From NCBI GenBank assembly GCA_963809895.1, contig CAWELD010000005.1, forward strand, positions 1 through 35,990: a stretch of DNA of 35,990 bases. Reading direction: 5' to 3'. Below the pieces are notes generated by a model. It was not told where the DNA came from. It ran no database searches and saw nothing but the letters and a program-made list of their open reading frames with translations. Each line of letters starts with the position of its first letter. Position 1 is the first letter of the stretch. Source of the DNA: an uncultured Gemmatimonadales bacterium. GTDB taxonomy: Bacteria > Gemmatimonadota > Gemmatimonadetes > Longimicrobiales > Gaopeijiaceae. Shown in pieces: positions 21,047 to 28,258 of this stretch. The translations under genes and the position numbers were made by a program.

Positions 21047-21066
21047 GTCTTCGATAATGAAGATAC
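21045..21066. promoter_or_regulatory. Inverted repeat ATGTCTTC-N6-GAAGATAC, candidate PadR operator overlapping the putative start codon
   Basis: atgtcttcgataatgaagatac. Confidence 0.6.
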
Positions 21067-21346
21067 TTGCGCGCGGGGTCAACGGGTGGAGGGAGCGGGC
21101 GGGTCGAAGACGGCCGGACCCGGCGCTGGCCGAGCGCGTCGCGGGTGGATCCGACCGCGTGCGGTGCCGCCGCACCCGGTCATTGACGTCAGGCCCGCCG
21201 CCAGGACAGCGACGGACCTCTGGCGAGCGCCCCGCACCCACCGACCGCCGGCGCCCATCGAGCCATGGTGGCGCCCGTATCGTCCTGCGTTGTTGGGGGG
21301 TGCGACGTCGCCCCGGTGCGACTCGAGGGGTCGTCAGCAACAGTTT

Positions 21347-21439
21347 GTCGATTGAACTCGCTGAGCGAGTTGATCTCGACATGTCGCCGAAGCGGCCCAC
21401 CACACTTCTACGGATTCAACTCGCTCAGCGAGTCGAATC
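21347..21439. repeat. Pair of related REP-like palindromes in opposite orientation
   Basis: GTCGAttgAACTCGCT-G-AGCGAGTTgatcTCGAC (21347-21380) and GATTCAACTCGCT-C-AGCGAGTCGAATC (21413-21439). Confidence 0.8.
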
Positions 21440-21466
21440 GGTAAATCGTCATCCAGGAGGCCTCCA

Positions 21467-22564
21467 GTGGCCAGTACGCGTAACCTGCGCCGCACGCCGC
21501 GCGGCCAACCCCGATCGCCGGAAGCGCCGGAACGGCCGGCCGAACCGCAATCGGTCGCCCAGCCGGACGCGCCCGCCCAGCCGGACGCGCCCGCCCAGCC
21601 GGCCGCGCCCGTCCAGCCCCAACGGCCTGCCCGGCAATCGCCCGCCTCCCCCAACCCGCCCGCCCCGCCCCGCCCCGACGCCGTCATCCGCCGCCTGGCC
21701 GCCCGCCAGCACGGGGTCGTCACGCGCACCCAATTGCTCGACGCGGGAGTCAGTCGCCAGATCATCGAGCGGCGGCTCCGATCAGGCACGTTCAGGGCGG
21801 CGCACCGCGGCGTGTACCTGGTCGGCGTCGTCACGTCGCCTCGCGCCAACCTCGCGGCCGCGTATTACGCATGCGGACCCACGGCAGTCGTGAGCCACCG
21901 GAGCGCCGCCGTCATCCGGGGGATGCTCCCGCGCGGCACCGGCAAGCGGCGCCCCGACATCACGGCTCGCGCGGGCCGGCGCCGTCCGTCGGGGGTGCGG
22001 GTACACCAGCTCACGACCCTCCGCGACGACGAAGTCACCGACCTCGACGGACTACGGGTTACCACGCCGGCCCGCACCCTCCTGGACCTGGGCGCCGCCG
22101 AGTCGGTCCCCACGCGCGTGGTGGAGCGGGCGTACGCCGAAGCGCTCGCGGCGCGCATCGTGAAGGAAGAGGAAGTCGAGGAGATGGTCGCGCGGCACCG
22201 GCGTCATCCCGGCGTGCGCCGCTTGCGAACCGTCCTTGCCGCCGACCGGCCGGCACTCACCCGTTCCGAGGCCGAGGAGCGCCTGCTCGCGCTGATCCGG
22301 AAGGCCGAGGCGCCGCCGGTTCGGACCAACGTGCGCGTGGGTCGATACGAGGTCGACTTCTACTGGCCGAAGCAACGCCTGGTCGTCGAGGTCGATGGCT
22401 ACCGCTACCATTCGTCCAGGCGTGCCTTCGAAGGGGATCGGCGCCGGAGCGCCGCGCTCTCCGCCCGCGGGCTGCGGGTGATCCCCGTCACCTGGCGGGA
22501 GATCGAACGCGCGCCGGAGGCGCTCCTCTTCACCCTGGGAAGGCTGTTCGGCCCGGGCGCGTAG
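21467..22564 (+). CDS. AbiEi-antitoxin-like N-terminal domain plus DUF559 (Vsr-like endonuclease) protein; start uncertain
   Basis: LAARQHGVVTRTQL, RGVYLVG, VVSHRSAA, GLRVTTPARTLLDL, RSEAEERL, YEVDFYWPKQRLVVEVDGYRYH, DRRR..L...GLRVIPVTW. Confidence 0.88.
   Translation: MASTRNLRRTPRGQPRSPEAPERPAEPQSVAQPDAPAQPDAPAQPAAPVQPQRPARQSPASPNPPAPPRPDAVIRRLAARQHGVVTRTQLLDAGVSRQIIERRLRSGTFRAAHRGVYLVGVVTSPRANLAAAYYACGPTAVVSHRSAAVIRGMLPRGTGKRRPDITARAGRRRPSGVRVHQLTTLRDDEVTDLDGLRVTTPARTLLDLGAAESVPTRVVERAYAEALAARIVKEEEVEEMVARHRRHPGVRRLRTVLAADRPALTRSEAEERLLALIRKAEAPPVRTNVRVGRYEVDFYWPKQRLVVEVDGYRYHSSRRAFEGDRRRSAALSARGLRVIPVTWREIERAPEALLFTLGRLFGPGA
21557..21619 (+). repeat. 18-bp tandem repeat x3.5 (AQPDAP) in the N-terminal linker
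   Basis: gcccagccggacgcgccc twice, then gcccagccggccgcgccc and gtccagccc. Confidence 0.85.
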
Positions 22565-22644
22565 CGAAGCCCCACTGGAGCGCACAACTGACCCGACCCA
22601 CCCCGCTCGATGAACACACCATCGCCAACACCGAGGAGCCGAGG

Positions 22645-23028
22645 ATGCCGCAGACGCCGGATGTCGTGAATCTCGAAGCCGCGTGCGGGGAGCTCCCCGA
22701 GTTGTGGTCGCCGAAGGTGGTGGCGCGCGTGGGCGGCAGCTACGTGAAGGTGGCTCGCGTGCAGGGGGAGTTCGTGTGGCACGCCCATCCCGCCGAGGAT
22801 GAGATGTTCCTGGTGCTTCGGGGGAGCCTGCGGATCCAGCTCGAGGACCCTGAGCGTCCCGAGGTGATCCTCGGTCCCGGCGATGCCTTCGTGGTTCCCG
22901 CCGGGCTCCGTCACAATCCCGTGGCAGAGGAGGAATGCTGGCTCGCGCTCGTGGAGCCCACGACCACCGGCCACACCGGCGACGTGGTCACCGAGCGCTC
23001 GCGATCCATCGAGGACCAACTCTCCTGA
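22645..23028 (+). CDS. Cupin domain protein
   Basis: WSPKVVARV, YVKVARVQGEFVWHAHPAEDEMFLVLRG, VVPAGLRHNPVAEEE; GAGG upstream. Confidence 0.9.
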   Translation: MPQTPDVVNLEAACGELPELWSPKVVARVGGSYVKVARVQGEFVWHAHPAEDEMFLVLRGSLRIQLEDPERPEVILGPGDAFVVPAGLRHNPVAEEECWLALVEPTTTGHTGDVVTERSRSIEDQLS

Positions 23029-23055
23029 CCCGAGGCTGGCGCGCCCCGGCGTCCC

Positions 23056-23517
23056 ATGGTCATGTTGAACGCGTATTGGATGCGCACGAAGGACCTCGAC
23101 CCACGAATGCACGTGTTGTCTCGCCACGCTCACCCCGGCTCTGCCGGGCTCCCGTCGCCGACTCGCCTGTTGCGCGCCATGGGCCTCGCCGCCCTCGTGG
23201 TCCTCTGCGCCTGCTCGCACCCCACGGGCATCGACGCCCCCGAAGGTGCGGAGGCGATGGTGCGGCAAATCGTGGGATGGCGAGCCGATGATCCGGACGA
23301 CGACGTGGTTCTCTACCTCGACGAGTGGGCCGCCGGGGATCCGGGGATCACGTCCGGGAGCCCACCCTTCGTCGTCGCCGAGCCCTCGATCCTCTTCCGG
23401 GTGAAGGGGGATCGCCTCGAGCGGGCGAGTGTCCGCGACGTGCGCTGGGGGGAACGCGTGGAGATCTGGCGCCCGGCCGGGAGTGCGGAGATCCGTCAGG
23501 TGAGGCTGCTGCCGTGA
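23056..23517 (+). CDS. Hypothetical lipoprotein (start may be 23107 or 23179)
   Basis: MGLAALVVLCAC lipobox-like signal; shares motifs with the downstream gene. Confidence 0.6.
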   Translation: MVMLNAYWMRTKDLDPRMHVLSRHAHPGSAGLPSPTRLLRAMGLAALVVLCACSHPTGIDAPEGAEAMVRQIVGWRADDPDDDVVLYLDEWAAGDPGITSGSPPFVVAEPSILFRVKGDRLERASVRDVRWGERVEIWRPAGSAEIRQVRLLP

Positions 23518-23930
23518 GGCGCCGCGGGCTGTCCCCGGTTCGTCGCGCCCGCCCCCGGCTGCGGGTGCTCCTGTTCGCGGCCGCCGCAGCACTGACAGCA
23601 TGCGAGGCACCGACCTCCACACCGCCTCTGGAGGCGCTCCCCCGGCCCGACGGCGACTTCTTCGAGAGGACGGCCCTGGGTGTTCTCGCCACCGACCCGG
23701 CCAACGAGGTCACGGTGCTCCTCTCGGACTGGGCGGTGACACCGGATCAGGAGCCCGCGGACATGCTCGGCCCGCGCATCATCGTCGACGCCGAGCACTT
23801 CCACTGGGTGGGCCCCAGCGGGCTCCTGCCCGCCGATCCCGATCGCCTGGGATGGGGCCGGACCGTGCGCATCTGGCCTGGCGATCCCGCCAGCGCCATG
23901 CGGGCGCAGGAGGTCTGGATCATGCCGTGA
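23514..23930 (+). CDS. Hypothetical lipoprotein, paralog of the upstream gene
   Basis: GTGA overlap; Arg-rich N-region then LLFAAAAALTAC lipobox. Confidence 0.65.
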   Translation: MRRRGLSPVRRARPRLRVLLFAAAAALTACEAPTSTPPLEALPRPDGDFFERTALGVLATDPANEVTVLLSDWAVTPDQEPADMLGPRIIVDAEHFHWVGPSGLLPADPDRLGWGRTVRIWPGDPASAMRAQEVWIMP

Positions 23931-23961
23931 GGGGTGGGGCTTCAGCGCCGCCGTCTCCCTC

Positions 23962-24585
23962 CTACCCCCCCACCACCCCCAGCTCACCCTGCCCGCCCAT
24001 GCTGGGCACGTCGTGGCACTTCCGGCAGCGGGCCTCGTAGCTCTCGGAGCCGCCGACCTGGATCGTGGGACCCTCGGCCGGCGCGGGGCGTCCGTCGATG
24101 AGGCGCTGGTTGCGGGTGGCCAGGTCGCCGCACTTCACGCAGATGGCGTGGAGCTTGTCCACGCGCTCGGCGATGGCCAGGAGCTGGGGGATGGGGCCGA
24201 AGGGCTCGCCCCGGAAGTCCATGTCGGTGCCGGCCACGATGACCCGCACTCCGTGGTCCGCCAGGTGGTTCACGACGCGGAGCACGCCGTCGTCCAGGAA
24301 CTGGGCCTCGTCGATGGCCACCACCTGGGTCTCGGGCCTCACCCGGCCGGCGATCTGGGTGCTGGTGTTGACGGGGGTGGCCTCGATCTCCTGGCCGTCG
24401 TGGCTGCTGATGCGGAAGACCCCGCCGTAGCGGTCGTCCAGGTGCGACTTGAACACCTGCACGCGCTTGCGGGCGATGAGGGCGCGGCGCACCCGGCGGA
24501 GCAGCTCCTCGGACTTGCCGCTGAACATGACGCCGGAGATGACCTCGACCCAGCCGTCCTGCGCGCCGTGGAACATGGGCGTCAC
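23962..24585 (-). CDS. tdk: Thymidine kinase
   Basis: [40 protein letters not shown] and YEARCRKCH zinc site. Confidence 0.97.
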   Translation of the reverse strand: MTPMFHGAQDGWVEVISGVMFSGKSEELLRRVRRALIARKRVQVFKSHLDDRYGGVFRISSHDGQEIEATPVNTSTQIAGRVRPETQVVAIDEAQFLDDGVLRVVNHLADHGVRVIVAGTDMDFRGEPFGPIPQLLAIAERVDKLHAICVKCGDLATRNQRLIDGRPAPAEGPTIQVGGSESYEARCRKCHDVPSMGGQGELGVVGG

Positions 24586-24607
24586 CTCTCGCCGCTCGCG
24601 CCGGCCG

Positions 24608-25123
24608 TCAGTTCCCGATGGGGAACGCCAGCGCGCCGAAGAGCACCACGCCGTCGCCGCCCTCGAACTCGGCCTTCACGCCCACCGTGGGACGGGGCCC
24701 GCCGGTGAGGAAGGTGAAGCCGCCGCCCACGTTGAGGCCGAGGTCGGTGGTGCCGTCGCCGGGGCACCGCTCGACCTCGCCGCAATCCCACGAAAAATGC
24801 GCCAGGTTGAGGCCTGCCAGGATGAAGGGGCTCACGACGGTGCTCGAGACGGGAAGCCGGTAGAGCAGATCACCGTTGATCTCGTAGTAGCTGCGGTCGC
24901 GGAAGCGCCCGTGGCCGGGAAAGAAGATCACCAGGTCGCCGACGAAGCTCACGCCGGGATTGATCTGCTCCAGGGGCAGCGACACGAATCCCCCGATACC
25001 CAGATCGGCGTCGTCGTGGAAGGCGAGGATGGGGCCGATGGCGGGCCCGGTCTGGGCACGGAGCGCGGAGGGAGCGGTGGCGAGGCACGCGGCGACGGCG
25101 ATCCAGCAGGCGAGCTTCTTCAT
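24608..25123 (-). CDS. Small outer-membrane beta-barrel protein
   Basis: Signal peptide [23 protein letters not shown]; alternating beta strands [39 protein letters not shown]. Confidence 0.8.
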   Translation of the reverse strand: MKKLACWIAVAACLATAPSALRAQTGPAIGPILAFHDDADLGIGGFVSLPLEQINPGVSFVGDLVIFFPGHGRFRDRSYYEINGDLLYRLPVSSTVVSPFILAGLNLAHFSWDCGEVERCPGDGTTDLGLNVGGGFTFLTGGPRPTVGVKAEFEGGDGVVLFGALAFPIGN

Positions 25124-25303
25124 GGCCAGGGCGGGGCTGGGGGATGGCGGAGCGTCGCCGGGTTCGTCCCGGCCGGCCGCACCCTCGATGATACCCGAAA
25201 TCCGAGGCGTGACGCAATCGGTGCGGGCCCGCTCTTTCCGGGCCGGGGCCCACGGTCTAGCGTAGGGATTCGCGCCTCCGATCCCCTACAGTCCGCGCTT
25301 ACC

Positions 25304-26941
25304 ATGCGACCGACCCTCCCGGCCTTCACCCACGCCCGCGCCGCGGCTCTGGCGCTGCCCTTGCTCGCTGCGTCGTTCCTGGCATCCTGCGGCGGTGAGT
25401 CCGCTCCCGTGGCCGAGGCTCCCGAGCATCCCACGCTGGTGGTGCTGGTCTCGGTGGACCAGCTCCGGGCCGACCTGCTGGACCGCTACGATTCGCTCTT
25501 CACCGGCGGCTTTCGGCGGCTCCGCGACCAGGGACACGTCTTCGACGGCGCCTCGCACCGCCACGCCCACACCGAGACGGCGGCGGGCCACGCCACGCTG
25601 GCCACCGGCGCGTATCCCTCGCACTCGGGGATCGTGGCCAACAACTGGTACGAGAGGCGGCCCGACGGCTCCCTCGTGAGCGTGTACGCGGTGCAGGACA
25701 CCACGGTGGCGATCGTGGGATTCCCGGAGATGGAGGGACGCTCGCCGGCGAACCTGCTCCGCGACGGCCTGGCCGACTGGATCCTGGCCGCCGACACCGC
25801 GGCCCGCGTGCTGAGCGTGAGCAAGAAGGACCGGGCGGCCATCACCCTGGGCGGGCGCACCCGGGACGGGCGCGCCGAGGTGTACTGGCTCAACGTGCCC
25901 GGCGGCCGCTTCGTGAGCTCCACCTGGTACGCCGACGGGCTGCCGGCCTGGGTGGAGCGCTTCAACCGGGAGCGCATGCCGGCGTTCTTCGCCGATACGA
26001 TCTGGACGGAGCAGGTGCCCGAGGCGGCCCGGGTGCTGGCCCGTCCGGACTCGGCGCCCTACGAGGCCGACGGCGTGCACGTGGCCTTCCCGCACCTGCG
26101 CTCCGGCGAGGCCCGGGACATGGGCGAGGCCGCGCTCCGGGGCTGGACCGAGGACACGCCCTTCCTGGACCGGGCGGTGCTGGCGCTGGTGGAGGACGGG
26201 CTGGGGGAGCTCCAGCTCGGGCGCCGGGGCGTGACCGACTACCTGGGGGTGTCGTTCTCGCAGACCGACTACGTGGGACACACCTACGGGCCCCTGAGCC
26301 AGGAGCAACTGGACAACCTGCTGCGGCTGGATCAGGTGTTGGGTCAGCTCCTCACTCTGTTGGACGCGCGCGTTGGTGAGGGGCGCTGGGTGCTGGGGCT
26401 GTCGGCGGACCACGGGGTGCTCACAATGCCCGAATACCTTGCCACGGAGGGGCTTCCGGGCCACCGCACCGGCCGGGCCTGGCGCGACGAGATGGCACGG
26501 CAGGTGCAAGCAGCGATGGACGAGGGCGGGGACGACGAGGCACAGGTGCGGGCCGCCGCGATCCGGCGGCTGGAGGCGCTTCCGTACGTGGCCGACGTCG
26601 TGGGACCCGCCGAGCTCCAGGGTGAGCCCGCCGATTCGTTCGTGGCGCTCTACCAGAACTCCTACAGGCCCGAGCGGCTGGCCGGCATGCTCGCCGAGCT
26701 GGGGCTGGAGGTGCGTCCGGATGCCTATACGCTGGTCACCTCGAGCGCCCATGGTACCAGCCATGGGACCCCCTACTGGTACGACCGCAGCGTGCCCTTC
26801 ATCCTGGACGGTGCGGGGGTCGACGCGGGCCACTCCTCGGAGGGGGTCTTCACGGTGGACCTGGCGCCCTCGCTGGCCGCACTCGCGGGAATCCAATTTC
26901 CGGGGGATCTGGACGGCCGTCCGGTGGGGGGCGGAAAGTGA
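25304..26941 (+). CDS. Alkaline phosphatase superfamily protein, PafA-like, probable lipoprotein
   Basis: LASC lipobox, VSVDQLR, HAHTETAAGHATLATG (Thr nucleophile), SKKDRAAI, DYVGHTYGP, SADHG, TSHGTPYWYD. Confidence 0.92.
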   Translation: MRPTLPAFTHARAAALALPLLAASFLASCGGESAPVAEAPEHPTLVVLVSVDQLRADLLDRYDSLFTGGFRRLRDQGHVFDGASHRHAHTETAAGHATLATGAYPSHSGIVANNWYERRPDGSLVSVYAVQDTTVAIVGFPEMEGRSPANLLRDGLADWILAADTAARVLSVSKKDRAAITLGGRTRDGRAEVYWLNVPGGRFVSSTWYADGLPAWVERFNRERMPAFFADTIWTEQVPEAARVLARPDSAPYEADGVHVAFPHLRSGEARDMGEAALRGWTEDTPFLDRAVLALVEDGLGELQLGRRGVTDYLGVSFSQTDYVGHTYGPLSQEQLDNLLRLDQVLGQLLTLLDARVGEGRWVLGLSADHGVLTMPEYLATEGLPGHRTGRAWRDEMARQVQAAMDEGGDDEAQVRAAAIRRLEALPYVADVVGPAELQGEPADSFVALYQNSYRPERLAGMLAELGLEVRPDAYTLVTSSAHGTSHGTPYWYDRSVPFILDGAGVDAGHSSEGVFTVDLAPSLAALAGIQFPGDLDGRPVGGGK

Positions 26942-27229
26942 AGAAAATCTCAGTCTACTTGACTTTCCGGCCTCTGCGGCCAATTCATTCGTTGCCGCCG
27001 TAAACATTTGATTAGCCCCCCTCGAGGTTCCGGTCTGAGGTGCGCGCTCGCGGCGGTTCGTCGCCCGAGACCGGCGTTGACAGAACGGCGGGAACTCGTC
27101 GCCGGCGTGCAGATCGGCGTGTGCGAACGGGCCGAGGCGGGGGGCACCCCCACGCCCCTGAGCCACGCCTGAGCCGGCGGAGCGAGACCGACCGTGTCCG
27201 CCCTTTTCGTCCCTGGCCGGGAGCCGTGG

Positions 27230-27982
27230 ATGGGAGTGCAGTCCCAAGGCAGTGAGGAAGGCTGGACCATCGAGGGCGCCGAGCGCCTGCTCACGACCCT
27301 CACGGGGGTGGTGAGCGCGCGCCTGGTGGCCAAGGCCGGGGGCGAGATCGAGGAGATCCACGTCCTGACGACGGAAGAGATCTCTCCCAAGCAGACGGTC
27401 CGCAACGTGGAGTCCGCCCTGCTGGCGCACTTCGACCTGACCGTGGATCACCGGAAGATCTCGGTGGCCCAGACCAAGGCCGCCGTGCTGCCGCTCCGCG
27501 AGCCTCAGCTCGAAGGCGCCGGCGTCACGCTCCAGGCCGTGGCCCCCGAGGCCATGGCCCGCATGGGCGCGGGCCGCATCCTGTTCGCCGGCCACGAGAT
27601 GGCCGCCGAGCGCGCCCACCGCATCAAGATGAAGGTGGCGGTGGAGTGGAAGGGCGAGACCTTCACCGGAGAGGCCAGCGGCACCGACCTGCCCCGGACG
27701 AGGCTCGAGATCGTGGCCGAGGCCACGCTCCGGAGCATCGAGCTGGCGGTGAACGGTGCCGAGACCGAGGGGGTGGGGCAGGGCCTCAGCCTCTCGCTCG
27801 ACGGCGTGAAGCTCGTGGACGCCTTCGACCGTCAGTACGTCATGGTCGGCGTGCACGCCATCACGCCCCGCAAGGTGACCACCCTGGTGGGCTCGGCGCC
27901 GGTGGACGATTCGCCGGACCGCGCCACCATTCTAGCGACCCTACAGGCCGCGGACCGTTGGGTCCGGGGCCGATTGCAGTAG
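27230..27982 (+). CDS. Two-domain hypothetical protein; C-terminal half resembles a LeuA-regulatory-like alpha/beta domain
   Basis: GC-rich host-like codon usage; VVSARLV..GEIEEIHVLT..SPKQTVRNVESAL..VDHRKISVAQ; KVAVEWKGETFTGEASG..RLEIVAEATLRSI..ATLQAADR. Confidence 0.8.
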   Translation: MGVQSQGSEEGWTIEGAERLLTTLTGVVSARLVAKAGGEIEEIHVLTTEEISPKQTVRNVESALLAHFDLTVDHRKISVAQTKAAVLPLREPQLEGAGVTLQAVAPEAMARMGAGRILFAGHEMAAERAHRIKMKVAVEWKGETFTGEASGTDLPRTRLEIVAEATLRSIELAVNGAETEGVGQGLSLSLDGVKLVDAFDRQYVMVGVHAITPRKVTTLVGSAPVDDSPDRATILATLQAADRWVRGRLQ

Positions 27983-28126
27983 CCGAGATAACGAAGCGCC
28001 ACACACACGTTTCACCTGAAACCCAAGGAGATTCCCCCTCGGTCCGTCCAGAGCGAAGATGAGCGGATGAGCGGAGCGCCGCGGCCCGAATAGCGAAAAG
28101 GGCCGACTCCACAGCCCGTGAACGGG

Positions 28127-28137
28127 AAAGGAGGTGA
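28127..28137 (+). promoter_or_regulatory. Extended Shine-Dalgarno AAAGGAGGTGA
   Basis: 11-nt match to the canonical anti-SD, 6 nt before the ATG at 28144. Confidence 0.85.
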
Positions 28138-28143
28138 GCCGGT

Positions 28144-28218
28144 ATGCTCTTTAGCTCTCTGTTCGATTTCTTCGGAGAGGCTCTCGCGGTCATGGCCCGA
28201 GGCCTTCTGAGCTGGTAG
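28144..28218 (+). CDS. Small peptide MLFSSLFDFFGEALAVMARGLLSW (24 aa), not in the ORF track
   Basis: ATG CTC TTT ... AGC TGG TAG; strongest RBS I saw in the window; lies in-operon 40 bp before the HD-GYP gene. Confidence 0.75.
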   Translation: MLFSSLFDFFGEALAVMARGLLSW

Positions 28219-28258
28219 GGCTAGGATGGACTGAGGGGGATACACCGAGAGGGCACGG

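Noticed and set aside
21347..21439. Possible mini CRISPR array
   Set aside because: Only two non-identical units in opposite orientation and no cas genes.
24449..25303. N-terminal extension of the alkaline phosphatase ORF
   Set aside because: It overlaps tdk and the beta-barrel gene antisense; the signal peptide begins at ATG 25304.
690..27856. Long antisense or alternate-frame ORFs (690..3071, 4262..7189, 17683..19293, 18785..20530, 25286..27856 and others)
   Set aside because: Shadow ORFs of high-GC genes, with no motifs and Arg/Pro/Gly-rich composition.
28144..28218. Peptide as a RiPP, AgrD or ComX precursor, or a Trp attenuator leader
   Set aside because: No maturase in the window, no ring-forming Cys with an acidic AgrD-type tail, only one Trp codon, no U-rich terminator, and the downstream gene is not biosynthetic.
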